A stretch of DNA of 60,422 bases, counting the filler, from Basidiobolus ranarum (lineage: Eukaryota): assembly GCA_040143965.1 (NCBI GenBank). It is 11 parts of 11 records of this genome, joined end to end, with 100 filler letters (N's around TTAATTAATTAA, not from the genome) between each part and the next. Parts side by side here need not be neighbours in the genome. Positions count along the whole stretch, not along the records: positions 1 to 5,423 come from JASJQH010008479.1; positions 5,524 to 10,946 come from JASJQH010008480.1; positions 11,047 to 16,458 come from JASJQH010008481.1; 8 more parts are not named here. One strand, given 5' to 3'. Position 1 is the first letter of the stretch, and the number at the start of each line of letters is the position of its first letter. Positions 1 to 13,643 of the stretch are shown here, piece after piece. The translations under genes and the position numbers were made by a program. Under the pieces are notes generated by a model. The model had not been told where the DNA came from, searched no databases, and saw nothing but the letters and a program-made list of their open reading frames with translations.

Positions 1-649
1 TTACTAAGACGCTTAGCTACCTGAACTTATGAAAGAGATAGGCCAGTAGAGTCCCTAGGTCCTAGCTGTACATTCTATGGTAGCACCCGACAAAGTCGTC
101 AAATTGTCTAAAAAAAATATTTTTGCGTGTTTGTAAGTAAACCTCGTACTACTGACAGTTGTGGAATGTTCTCTCATGTGTTGGTGAATATACTATCATG
201 TTGGTAGTACAATACTGCGTATATCACTGTTATCAATTTTTAGTAAGAGTTACTTGGCCTTAGGATTTAACGAAACTAAGTGCCCCTACTAATGATTAAG
301 AACATACTCTATGAATTCATACACTTCAAGACCTGTTAATTATAGCAAGTGTATGCCAAAGTAGTATTTGAGTGTAAGAGCTATAGCAACATTACATCAG
401 GCACTTCCGCTTTCGTAGCCTAGTTCTGATATTGCATTGTGAGAGCATCTGCAACGGGTCCCTGCCGCGAGGACATTTGAAATTCTATGCATTGAAGATT
501 CATCATTGGTCGAGCTCCCTTGCAAGATGTATTTGATTTCGACTCTGGGAGTGCTCATAGAGTTGACAGATATATTTCATCTAATATTATACCATCACTG
601 CGCACAAACGCGGAAAGGTCTATGATTTGTACCTTGCAAAGCGGTATAC

Positions 650-3600
650 TTTCTAATAGTTATAGGCCTCGGCATTGAGCAACCTAATTTAGCGTACAAA
701 TACTTCAATATCAGAGAAAACACAATTTACTGCAACTAGTACAAAGAGTACTTGCCAAACATCGAAGTATGTTCCTTATAGCCAATACGATGATTTTATT
801 TGGTTTTACCATAGAACCTTCGTTAGACTAATTAGATGTGGAGATTCTCTCAATCTGTCGCTTTAACGAGTGCAAGTATTATTGGCTACATCATTGCCAC
901 TGATACAAGCGAGAGGAGACGTATGATTGCTTATGGCATAAGATGAAGGTATAAATACACATCACTTACCAGTTGTAAAGCTTGAATTTTCGAACCACAA
1001 CAACTTCAACTCTGGGATTTCCGCTTTCTGGTTTTGGGTTTGCCGGTCGTATTCGAACATCTGCTTGGTTCAAGCTGGAAGCTGCTGTGGCTCCTACATT
1101 CAATTCTAGGATTTCAATTCTCTTGTCTTAGCCTCGCCGGTCATATTCTAACATCTGCTAGATAAACGAGCCATGATTTAATAGAATGAATATTTCCTGA
1201 TACAAATTTATGTTATCATCCGTTCCAGTGTTGCTTCGGTGAGGTAGATGTTGAGTTAATGCGACATCAAAACTATACTTGAATAAAGAAATGCCTTATG
1301 TTGCTGATTTTAGCTTCCAGTTTCTTTCATTCCTTTATGTTTAGTTCTGTTATGAATGGATTCTAACAGAGACATCAATTTCAAATTAACTACTATTCAG
1401 CTGGTATATTATTTCGATACTGTTGTAGATCCTTATTTGGACCTCTCCAACATGTTACTAAGTACTCTTTTCCCAGTTACTGAATGCTCCGGAACACCAA
1501 AAATGAAAAGCATCTGTGTATTTGATCAGTAAATACTTGAATTTATTTGTACTTTCCGATAATAATAGGTCTCGGGTTGAGTAACCGGATTGAGTATATA
1601 TGCACTTCAATATTTTTACTAGTTGCAGTAATCGTATTTTCTCTGATATTGAAGACTAATTCTTATAGCTAATACAATGATTTAGTTGGGTATTACCATA
1701 GAACCTTCGATACATTATTTGGATGAAGAAATTCTCTTGATCTGTGGCTTTAGCACATGCAGGTATGATTGGCTACACCAGTATCTTTAACACAATGAGA
1801 GCAGATGTATACTTGCCTACGGCATAAGATGAAGTTATAAAAGTACCTCACTGGACAGTAGCAGTGATTGAATTTCTGAATCACAACAACTTCAACTCTG
1901 GGATTTCCGCTTTCTTGTCTTAGCTTTGACGGCCGTATTCCAACATCTGCTTGGTCCAAGCTGGAGGCTCCTATGGGCCTGCACCTCTGGTTTTCACTCT
2001 ATAGTTCAGTAGCCGTAGTCTGGTCCACGCCATACTGTATCATTCAACGTGGTAAGTATCAAATTGTATGTCAAATGATTTTCATTCATTATATCGACTT
2101 TGAGGTGGTGTAAGTATTTTGGATCAGCAAAATAATGCTTGAATAAAGAAATCCCTTATGTTGTTGTTTACTCCTCAAAATGCCTTTACGTTGCTTACTT
2201 CGACATATGTAATCATCATATAAATGTTCGTAACTCTAAAGTTTAGCAGCATCGCAATCATTGCACTACTTGGTGACAATAATACCAATTAGTAGATATG
2301 GAAGCAGTGGGAATCAAAAATCCACGTTCAAGAAAGTTATTTATATTATTGATAATGCATGAAGATATTATGAATCATTGATAGTGTAACAGTATCCTAA
2401 CTGTAAAAGATCAGTATGTTACAAACGCCTAAATATTTCTTTTTTGCTGCTAAATGTAAGTGTGGAAGGCACGGGTATATTTAGAGAACGGCATAATATA
2501 TAATCACACACCAATTCATATCCTAATAAGTAGATATATTGTAAATCATAGTGTTCCACCTGGTGATACTCAAAAGTGACACGGAACATTTCCAAAAAGT
2601 TATTGGTGCTACGTACTTGTATCAGATTATGTTTCGCAAGTATTGCAACCAAATACATCAAACCTGCTATGAATGGATTTTAACAAAGGTATCAATATTA
2701 AATTGGTTATACTAAAATGCTTTCTTTATATAGTTTCGGTACTTTTCTGATTGATGTATTTCTACTTTCTAATAGTAATGGGTCTCGGCATTGAGCAACC
2801 GGATTGAGAGTATGTACACTTCAATTTCAGGCAAAATACAAAACTAAGATTGTTCACCAAATATTGACTCATGTCTCTTATAGCTTATACGATGATTTTA
2901 CTTGGTTTTACCATAGAACCTTCGAATCACCATTTAGATGCGACGATTCTCTCAATCTGAGGCTCTCACTGACTACCTTGGTGTTCCACCGTGAACAGTA
3001 TAATGATATAGGTTTGTATGACTATCACTACCAGTCTTACTTCATGAAAAAGTTGATTCAATATGACACTTGGTAATACTTGGATAAAGGAATCATGTTG
3101 TTGAGTTTAGCTTCCAATATTGTCATGTGATAATTGTGGATATTATCGATACTTCTACATGGAAGATCTCATTTTAATTTTTTGGGTAAGTATTCAAGGC
3201 GAGCCTTAGCAGTCTGGATTTAGAGTCAAGTAATCCAGAAATTGGGAAAGGTAGGGTTTAAGGTTAGGTTAATTATTTCCTGATAATTAGGTCTTCGATA
3301 ATCGGGAAACTCGTTAATACTAATAATAGGATAACCACAAATCTTGATGGACAACTTGAATACGCCATTTTAGCATCAGGAACCTCAGCTATTGGCCATG
3401 ACCAGCTTAACTAAAAATACTGATCGTATATAGTAAGTGATGAACGATCCAGAAGAAACCATTTTTAGTTGTATGATGTGAAAACCCAACACTAACGTGG
3501 CACAAAAGTATTCTCTCACCAACAATATGTTAGAAAACACTCCAATAGTGTCACATGTGTTCCTTACTCTGTTGGACACAGAAGGTTAGCTTCAGCGACT

Positions 3601-5400
3601 TCTATACGTTCTCTAGATTCAGATGTTTCATTTATGCGCTTTAAAGTGGTGAGCAAAAATACTAGAAATTGATCTGAAGAAATAAGTTAGTTGCTGCACT
3701 GAGTTTCTGAAAAGTATATTCTTCTGTTTGTGACAGACCGATTTGGGCTCCAATATCTTCGATATGCATCGATTGAAGCACTAACATGATGTGTACTACT
3801 ATTGAAACATGAGCAGCCATCAACTTTACATATTAGTTTTACTACTCGATGCAAAACTTGAATTCGCTATGCTACAATCGGATTATCCACCGGGTGACTA
3901 TTTCAAGATCATGTCTGAACAAGAATATTATACGATTAAAGTAAGAGAGTTCCTTAAAGTCCAATTACATAAATTGAATTTTCGAACAGCAATATCAGTA
4001 CATACTTCCACTTTCTTGGCTTAGCATTGCTAGAGCATTCCAGGATCCACGTGCATCAAAATCAATGAGAAGGTGTATTTCTGCAAGTGTTATCAACTCT
4101 GCTATCAAAAATGAATTTACTGCTCTTGAGGAAATCCATTGAATCTGACCGTACCGAATACCCTGATACGATTATAGCGATCGCCCTTACGCTATGGTAG
4201 AACCCATGTCTAAGTAAAACCTAGATGGAGTAAACCTATCCACTATGATAGTAAGCTGTGCTTGAATATAGATATATTGGGTGTTTTTGATAAAATAGCA
4301 TGTTATTCGCGTTTTATTACACAATCTCAAGTCGATACTAGATTCCTGTATTGAACACATCCGAATATCGCATTTTATATTACTCATGTACCGATATGTT
4401 TAGAAACTAGAACATTCGCATGATATAACCATATATATTTAGCATAATATCAAAGCAGCAGTACATACATAATTTTATAGTTGCTAGGAATTCTAGTTTT
4501 TTGTTAGTTGGTTGGACAACTATAGTATGCCATTGTACGCAAGTGAAATCGATCCTAGATGCCTGTATTGAACACATTTGAATATGGTCATGCTTACTTA
4601 CATACATTAAGTTCCCCACGTTTTTGGATGCCTAGTATAATTCATCGACAACTTATTATTAGGATGGTTAAGTTACACCACTTAATGATATTCTTTGTGT
4701 AGTAGTATGGTCAATTGTGTCTATGACACAGAAACATTTCCAAAATGGTATTGGCGCTTGTATCGAAATTATATTGAATAGCAAGTATTTGAACTGAATC
4801 AAGTTGATCTGTTATGAATGAATTTTTATACAGTCATCAATTTTGAATTAGTTACTATTCAGCATGTATATTATTTTGAAACTGTTTTAGATCCTTATTT
4901 GGGCCTCTCCAACATGTCATTGAATACTTTTCCCCAACTACTGAATGTCCCGCAACTCTAAGAATGGAAAGCATGTGTGTATTCGAAAAATTTCAAAATA
5001 GCAAGTCACATCCTTACCTCGCCCAATCCACTCCCCTATCAACAAAATCGGTTGTGTTACTGCTCTCTTGACTATTAGGTATATGTCACTGAAACATATC
5101 CAAATTGTGATTGGTGCTAAATACATCACATTATTGAGAGTATTTGATCAGTAACTACTTGAATTTATTTGTACTTTCCGATAGTGACAAGTCTCGGAGT
5201 TGAGCAACCAGATTGAGCGTATGTACACTTCAATATTAAACAAAATACAAAACCAAGATTGTTCATCAAATATTGGCTCATGTCTCTTATAGTTAATACG
5301 ATGATTTTACTAGGTTTTACCATAGAACCTTCGATACACCGTTTAGATGCGGAGATTCTCTCAATCTGAAGCTCTAGCAGATGCATGTATCATTGGCTAC
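650..5400. repeat. Dispersed degenerate ~0.9-1.2 kb module, about 4 copies, family unknown
   Basis: The core TTACCATAGAACCTTCG...TAGATG..GAGATTCTCTCAATCTG recurs at ~805, ~1694, ~2908 and ~5317. GGTCTCGG..TTGAG.AACC recurs at ~665, 1568, 2781 and 5190. CACAACAACTTCAACTCTGGGATTTCCGCTTT is at ~997 and ~1882. Block 1347-1520 resembles 4808-4981. Confidence 0.85.
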
Positions 5401-5423
5401 ATCAGTATCTTTGACGGCTTAGG

Positions 5424-5523
5424 NNNNNNNNNNNNNNNNNNNNNNNNNNNNNNNNNNNNNNNNNNNNTTAATTAATTAANNNNNNNNNNNNNNNNNNNNN
5501 NNNNNNNNNNNNNNNNNNNNNNN
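5424..5523. other. Artificial contig spacer (N run + TTAATTAATTAA + N run). Repeats at 10947-11046, 16459-16558, 21968-22067, 27476-27575, 32981-33080, 38475-38574, 43965-44064, 49452-49551 and 54938-55037
   Basis: Identical 100-nt spacer with stops in all six frames. The intervening segments shrink monotonically from 5423 to 5385 nt. Confidence 0.98.
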
Positions 5524-5927
5524 TGGCCTTAGAAAACATCGCTATTAGTATGAGACAGGAAAAAATCAAACAAAATTAGTGGCTAACCAGAAAGATGATC
5601 GGCGTGGACATGGGTGTCTAGTAGCCATTTTACGTTCAACCCCTCCGATTTGACGAAATTGATAATGTCGTCAAGCGGTTTGGGAGAAATACGCCCTGAA
5701 ATTGTGGCATAGTCTACACAAGGATCCAGAATAGCACATTCGGAACTTTTCTTGTCAGCGATAATGTAGGTAAAGGTCCATGAAGGTTTATGAAAAAACG
5801 GAACGACAAGAGGAGAAGCGCTGCTTGATTTGGTCACAGCTGGTGAACTTGTCGCCATTTGACGAACCAGAGTAGGCACATTGTTGAACTGTTTGTTGAC
5901 GGTCCTGGTAATTAAGGATTTGAACAT
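5524..5927 (-). CDS. Metallo-beta-lactamase-fold persulfide dioxygenase (ETHE1/PDO-like), 5' part, truncated by contig end
   Basis: Motifs TFTYIIAD, CAILDP and WLLDTHVHADHLS (HxHxDH). The basic, Ser/Thr-rich, acid-free N-terminus resembles a mitochondrial presequence. A GTTAGC donor follows HLS. Confidence 0.85.
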
Positions 5928-8900
5928 TTTCAGGAATAAAGGCGCTTAAGGTTATGTTTGTATTGTCAATCGAAGTGGAGGAAGGTTTTTATATCTGGAC
6001 TGTAGGTGAGCTGGATAAACCTTCCCGATTTTCAACCATTTTAGGACGTCTATATCCCGTAAGAACATGCACATCCCACATTTGAAACAAACGTATAGGT
6101 TTAAAGCTGTGCAACCATTTTGGGAAAGCTTCGCCATGTTGTAAAGTAGATTTTATCCTTGGGCTATCCAATTTGATTATTCCACTCCACGCGAAATGCT
6201 TCATCTAACAACTTTACTACATACTAATCGTGACATCCTTATAGCCGTTTGTTACACAATAATGAAAGAAAAACTTCCTTTGCAGGGATTGGCTAATCGA
6301 AAAGTGCGCAATATTATGTCTGTTACTCAAAATCTTTTGACTTTCTAGGCCACACCGTGAGAACCATACGCTTGACAACATTCATATCATATTTTATACA
6401 AATACCTGTTTTATCCTGAAGTTTTTCCTAATTGCTTGAACACTCAATACATCCGTTCATATCATGATGAATCTAAAGCCCAAGGTGACCGAACTGCCTT
6501 GACAAGTAATAGTAATACTGATAACAGAAGCAGCCCTAACCTTAGCTTTACTTGTTTAATCTTCGCAACTATTCTAAAGACACCCGTCCAAATTTTCGGA
6601 TTATTTGTTAGCAGTTAACCATTAAGTATCCAATTGGATTTACTGCTAGCTTTGTAAAAATAATGGGATATGTCGAGCCAATCGTTACATCTCTAGCAAG
6701 TTCCCGTTCACTTGTAATCTACTGATGTATATTAGAGCGAGCAGTATTTTGTGGTATATTGTATTTTTCATGGAAATGTTGCAGCTCACCTGCGATGTAC
6801 CAAGAGCACAGGAGAATGTTGAATCCTCGACTAGATGCCTCTATCGTTGTACTGGTTGCTCGCTCTGTTTAAACTCTTATTTGCTTGATAAAGAATCATT
6901 ATTTTGAGCATTGGAAAGGACTGTTGCTACACAATCTTATTCTATCTTTGACCACAATTAGTGATTAATCTATTAATGATAAATCTACAATCATATCTTA
7001 TATTGCTTGCCACCAGGTGTTGCAGTTTCAGCAGAAACACATTTGCTACAGGAGAGATAGCTAGGGTGTCTAATAAAGAGTATCCGCTGTGTAGATGTAT
7101 TAGATTCATACATAGAGATATCAAAGCTCTTAACAGATCTATGCCAAGTGAAATTTGTGCCTGCATTACCCAAGTATCAACCTTCTCAAAAGATATCTAG
7201 CACTTCAATGGCTTGTGTTTTTCTCCAACTGTTCTTGTCCCAGCCATATGTTGCAAAGAAATCTTCATTCTGTCATTTTGCTAATAATGAATTCCCTTAT
7301 TTTATGGAATACATATCCAAAACCTAAACATCCCCATCTGCATGATCGGAGATGATCAAGGTTTCCCATCAAGATCAAATTTTATTCTTAAGAGGTGCTC
7401 ATTCGAGAACCAATGTCAATTTATTAAACTATAATGAGAATTACACAGTAGTAATTCGAATGGCCATAAGAATCCACGCTAACATCCCATTCATCCAATC
7501 AGCTTGGATTTGAATTAATATGGCTCTCGTATATCTGATAAGCGCATCATTGGTATCTTCGATATCCAAGGTTATTTACCCTAATTCGTGACCTTAGGCC
7601 CCCAACTATCCTTAAGCATACTTTGCTGCCATATATCTACCCACCTCTCTAACTGTTATTCAGAGATACTCGTGATTTGAGCATTAGTTAAATCAAAGTT
7701 AATGTATCACAATCTGTCTAGTACATAGCTACACCCATCTTGTTTCTAAAATATGTTACACTTTCGGAGAAACAAACTAAGCTTTATATATGTTCAGATG
7801 AGTCAACCGTGATCATAACTAATCAACTAACTGATTGCAGATTTCTATCTACTGACTGGATTATGCATGTATTTAATTAGGAACCACATGGAAGTAAAAT
7901 ACACTTGGTGTATTTAGATACTCTCCAGGATGGAGACTGTTAGCAAGGATGTGCTTTGTGTTCAACCTGGGTGCAATGATTAGCAGTTCACTCTGTTGGC
8001 TTACCCAGGAGGTAAATCAACTTGCTTGCTCTACTTGTAGTCTTAGTAACCAAATATCTACTTTAAACCACAAGCTAAATGTTTATATTGTAACGTCATA
8101 GATCTATTAATTTTTCCAGAGTACATAGATCATTCTAATCAACAAAGTAGCGTTACGAGCTTCGAATCCCACCACATGTTTAAAGTTTCGTATCTTTACT
8201 AACTATCTTCCAAGTTCAATGACAATATAGTCCACATCACTGGCAAATAGAGTTTTGACGCTGATAATCCGGAATAATCATCAAGATGGTGTCAACGCCT
8301 GTAGGGGTCATGGATTGTTTTATTCGAGTGAATACCTTAAAAGGTGAGATAATAGTCTAGTACTCTCGGTTTCTTTCGGGAACGTTGCCGATTGAATGGA
8401 GTATCATTATGTGCCACAATGGACTGCTTTTAATCCTTACAAAAGAGTGTTGATTAGTGCTATCTATTATTGAATGTCAAAGCGGAAAATGACAGGTGAA
8501 TAAGGGCGGTATTGACATCATTTCAGCCTGAGCTTGAACAGTGAGCGATGCGCTCAATATATATATGCTTGCACCTGAATGTTATATACTCTCTAAAGTG
8601 GATGCACTACAAAAAAGGTGACTACTTGAATGTTGTTGTTGGCGGGAGGAAGCAGGTAAATGTCTAATCGGACCCTGCTCCATCATGGAATGAGCTTCCT
8701 CTCAACAAATCAAGTCATCAACCCCATAGAATTTTTATATTCGTAATCAAATTCCCAGTTGCATTCTAAGCAATGAAAGACAATCTTTCGGACGTTGAAA
8801 GCATGTGATAAAGTGGTATGGTCTAATCCTATTAGTAGTACATGTCAACTATTGACAGTTGAAGCTACAACTTCATCTTCTCGAGTTTGTATGATTCTTA

Positions 8901-9114
8901 TTATAAAACTCATTTGGATTCTCGATATTATTGACCATGAAATTATTGGATAGAAACAATCAGATTTTATCGCTCTTTTCTGGCTTGCTGAAGTTGATTT
9001 GTTGATCATTTCGAGATATAGTTTCTTTAGAATAATTAAATACGAGGGCACTTATTACCATTCTTTCGTCTCTTCTACCGTTAAACCCCAACTTCCTTTA
9101 AATCCATCTCCAAG

Positions 9115-10084
9115 ATGAGTGATATCTCGTCAGAAGACTCTCAGTTTACCTGTTACCTTCACTTAGGAATCATACTACTAACATGCTTCACCCTATATCG
9201 CTTCTTCCATTTCCACGTTAAAGCAGCCCTCACCCTTGTATGGGTATTTCTTCTCTCTCTCTACGGATGTTTCGCCGCTATCTTCTGTGCCGCCGTTGGC
9301 AGACGTGCTATGACTAACTGGCTTGTTGCTAGAGGTTTTGCATACTGTGCCGCTCCCTGCGTTGGTGTCACTTTTGAAATAGAGGGTGAAGAGCATCTAA
9401 AAAACGGACCCGCCATCGTAATCTGTAATCACCAGGCCTCCTTAGACGTTTTAATCATGGGCCGCGTTTTCCCTAAAGATTGTGTCGTTATGGCCAAACA
9501 TTCCCTCAAGTATGTTCCCTTCCTTGGAAACTTCAGTAAGTTGAGAATTTCTTCCTTTCTATTAGCGCTTCAATCTTGCGTCTGTCATATTAAACTTTAT
9601 TAATATCATAGTGAGACTTGCAGCTGCAGTTTTTATCGATCGTAAAAACCACGAAAGTGCCCTTCGCACTACCCAGAATGCAGTCGAGTTTATCAAGAAG
9701 AATAAACTTAGTCTTTGGATTTTCCCTGAAGGAACCCGTAGTCGTTTTAGCAAATCTGATCTTCTTCCCTTCAAGAAGGGTGCATTCCACCTCGCTCTAC
9801 AGGCCAAATATCCGATTATCCCAATCGTTATCGCCAACTATACCGACGTTTACAACAGTACTACTAAACATTGGCCTGGAGGTGTTGTTAAAATTAAAGG
9901 TATGATGATATGCTCTTTTGCCGTATATTACACATGCTCATGATCCATCCTATATCATATAGTTCTTCCACCTGTTTCCACTCAGAAGTACACACCTGAG
10001 AACGTCGGTGAACTAGTAGATTATACTCGTAATATGATGCTAGATGCCTTGAAAGATATCTCTAATGATACTAAGACTGAGTAA
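9115..10084 (+). CDS. SLC1: 1-acyl-sn-glycerol-3-phosphate acyltransferase (LPAAT). Exons 9115-9535, 9612-9899, 9963-10084
   Basis: Motifs NHQASLD, FIDR, FPEGTRS and LPFKKGAF. GT-AG introns join the ORFs in frame. Confidence 0.93.
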
Positions 10085-11046
10085 TTCTCCTTAGAATTTT
10101 ACCATTCTTTCAAGTTACTTTCCACTTCAATAGCTTCTTACGAAACTACATTAACTTATTTTTCTCTTTACCTTGTAACAACTATCTAATCTTACTTCCA
10201 TCACGCTCACCAAGCATGAATCTCCATTGAAACCTATGAAGCACCATGTTCATTGGCTCAACCTCTCTCTCTTTTCCCACACGTTTACCTTCACCAATTG
10301 TAGTTGTAATTGGAATTATACCAGAAATTCCAATGAACTATCCCACCCTTCCATATATTTACTGTACTTAAACTTGATCAGTACTATTTCGAATAGACGA
10401 ATAGATAGTTAACAAATTTGAAAGAAAAGGAAAGGAACCCGAATTTTTATGTTGAATTTCTTTTGGAAAAAATCCGATGGATCTTTGAATAAATGAAGAA
10501 ATTTCCATTCTAAGTAGAAACCAGTAAAATTCTAATTCAATTGGTTTCAATCCCTTGGAAGATTTTGAATGATTTGAGGAATCATTCAGATCTTACAGTC
10601 GATTTGTTGGTTTGGTTAGGGGTGATATTTATATACCCACCTTACCTGCTATCAAATCATATGAATACGGGTGTTTTGTTTGGAAGCTTGGTTGGTCTGA
10701 ACATACAAATCACCATTCATGAATCATTGCGAAGACTCTAGATCAGATATATTTGTCAAAAGAAATATCGAGCTTTAAATTGGCGACATTCGTGACCAAT
10801 AGGGTTGACATATTTCGAAGATTCATTATATTGTAATATGGATATATACACAAGGTGACACATTTGCCTCTATGAAGGAGTGTGGGATTCAGGACAATGG
10901 GCATTCCCAAACCAGAGTATATTGAGGATGTCTACAGACTATTTGANNNNNNNNNNNNNNNNNNNNNNNNNNNNNNNNNNNNNNNNNNNNTTAATTAATT
11001 AANNNNNNNNNNNNNNNNNNNNNNNNNNNNNNNNNNNNNNNNNNNN

Positions 11047-11339
11047 TCCAGAGACTACATCCCAAAGCTCCCTGTCTTCCAGCATGATTTGTATCTTGAA
11101 CTTCCAGAAATTGTAATTTTCTCCATCAAGCTTTTCAACACTTGAGTTAATAAAAGTGGCAGTAGTGGTTTCTGTCATGCTGTAAAGGTTAGAACATGGG
11201 GCTCATAACCTATTGGCAAAATATGGGCTGTTTGGAGGATCTTTAGAAAAATGGAGTTGTGAATAGCTTTGTGAGATAATTACTTATTGTCCAGAAATAA
11301 AGCATTTATACTTTTTGGTGGAAATACAGAAAACTAACA
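11047..11339 (-). mobile_element. Ty1/copia 5' end (family C): short LTR ~11211-11339, PBS 11199-11210, gag start 11178
   Basis: The minus strand reads MTETTTATFINSSVEKLDGENYNFWKFKIQIMLEDRELWDVVSG (copia Gag N-terminus), preceded by GGTTATGAGCCC. Confidence 0.85.
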
Positions 11340-13236
11340 CTGGGGTTATGTTCAGAGCATCTGTGGGAGTAAAATGGGCTATTTTTGGGGCAATTTGGAC
11401 GAGTTTGAAATTTCCAATATGAATTGCTAATTCTCACATTAGTCACATATATAAATATAATATATGTTCCGATTTTCAGCTAAGTGATATTTGACTAAGT
11501 AATGTTAACTAACTTATAGGTGATATATGAAATAGTTAGGTGTATAAAGATAGAGATAACAAATATGATAAAGACAATAAACTTCAACAATTATATGGCT
11601 CTTTCATAGTGTCTACAAACATACTTCAATATAAAGTATGAATATATGTTGGTGTTCTGACTGGTACAGTTAGAAATATTAGGTATTGTATAGAATGTGC
11701 ATGCTCTGGCACCCTGTAAGAGCATATAATGCTGCATAGAGGCTATAGGTAATGGGACAGGATGTGTGGATATATTCTAATTTCATTGCTAGGAAAGATT
11801 ATGTATACTGGTAATGAAAAAATAGTGACACCGCTGCACTTCTACAGTACTAAGAAATTTGTGGGAAAAGTTTGGGTTTGGATAAATTTGAAGTTTTGTA
11901 AGTATCTACATTTTACACCATGCCTCTAGTTGGGAGGAAGGAATATTGGTGGAATAGAGTACTTAAAAAAATGGTTTAGGCTTCCTCAAAAACCAACAGT
12001 GATAACAAAGCTGATTCAAAAATAGTGGTAGATGAACCTGATTATAGCAGCTATTGATAGCCATTCCGTCAGTACATTTGGTTCCAGTTGCTCTGTTTCT
12101 AATTTCCCCAAGTCTTTAATGGCCTTGCCGCCCCTCTCCTTCGATTCTTCATCTTACTATGTCAACATTACGCTCCAGATGCAATATCATCAACATGATT
12201 TAAAACCATCACCAGGGAACTTGTCTCCATACAAACTATACAGTAGCCAATTATACATTAAAAGACCCTTAAACAACCGAATGATGTGTTTTGCCGATTT
12301 ATTCACAACGATTTATCCTACGAGTTTTCGGGTTTAGGTACAGGAATGTTACTTTGAACCATAGACATACATTCCGTTGCCAAAAACACCTCATGCGGCT
12401 AGATTTATAGCGTCTAACACATCACATTCGGTTTGTTTATCCCGGTTCCGTATAGAGATGCGGCTCGAATTCGGGTAAATATTTGGCATTTGAAGGATAT
12501 ATTTTGCGTAGTCTCCCTTATGGCATCAATTTCGAAACCAAACACGGCAAGTGCTTAGCATCTCTACTTGCTGAATACAGGGGTGTGCTCTTTCACAAGC
12601 CCTTTGTCCTCCTGTAAGTTACTCGGCTTAGTTAATATGTTCAATCACAGAAAAATGTTGTCTCTACCACTTCTCCTGTGGCATAACCTCAAATATTTTG
12701 TCATTCCATTGCAATATTTATTGTCTACCTCCAAGGAGAAATATCCACACTATTGAATTTATATTACAAAAAAGGCATTAGTAAAATTGGTAGTAAATAT
12801 CTAGTTTACAGCTATCCTGCAACCCTTAGCTTATATTTTGAGAGCTTGAAATTGCTATTTAGGTGTGATAAATGTGAGCTTGAAGGATATTGTAAGCTGA
12901 TCAAGTAATAATGAATTTTCACCTTTGTATTCAACATTAAAAACAAAGGCGCAATATTCAAAATATCTATGTTTCTCTGTATCACATTATCAATTATTTG
13001 TTCATAAATAAACTTATATTCTCATATCAACATATAAGGATTTTGATTAAACCATGTTAATCACCATATATATGCTAAACGTTAGAACATGATAAACCTG
13101 TTTCATCAGGCCTGTAGCTGAGATGAATTTTGCAATATGTCCCAATTGTGTTATCAATATGAAAAGAAAAATTCAGATGTTAGAAATGAAGAGAAATAAC
13201 AATAAATTGTGCTACTAGAAGACTCGGGAGGAGAGT

Positions 13237-13345
13237 GTCAGGAGGGTGGAACAATTTGGGCACTTTTTAATTGCCTGAGGTGTCTGAAACATGTCTCCGA
13301 GATGTTGGTAAAAGTACTCAAAAATCCCCAACTATTCTCTTGACA
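13237..13345 (+). mobile_element. Possible short 3' LTR remnant
   Basis: A purine tract GGGAGGAGAG lies directly before TGTCAGGAG...CTCTTGACA, giving TG..CA inverted ends. Confidence 0.4.
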
Positions 13346-13461
13346 GCCATGTAAGATGAAAGTATAATATCTGTGTTATTAGCTAGACTATGTTATATCT
13401 GAATATATAGCATAGATAACATACTCCAATATCTATATAGCTCAGGTGTATAATATCTAAT

Positions 13462-13643
13462 GGACTTGTTCTCTGTGATAGTGCCAGATTGTGCTGTATA
13501 TATCATATTGGATAAAGTATTCTAAAATTTATGCGGCACAATTTGGCACTATCCATCACCCTCTGGCCTGATCAATTTCAATCACATTTACTCTAATATA
13601 TTGATCCATGGTCCGATAAATCCTGGCACAATGGAACAAGTCC
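13462..13643 (+). mobile_element. MITE, 182 bp, TIR GGACTTGTTC, TSD AAT
   Basis: Terminal inverted repeats, a 3-bp direct flank, and 4 other copies in the window. Confidence 0.93.

Noticed and set aside
3251-3270. Telomere-like GTAGGGTTTAAGGTTAGGTT
   Set aside because: Too short and degenerate, internal, and no tandem array.
650-5400. Recurrent motifs as a possible CRISPR-like array
   Set aside because: Units are long, irregularly spaced and diverged, and the sequence between them is also homologous. The context is eukaryotic with no cas genes.
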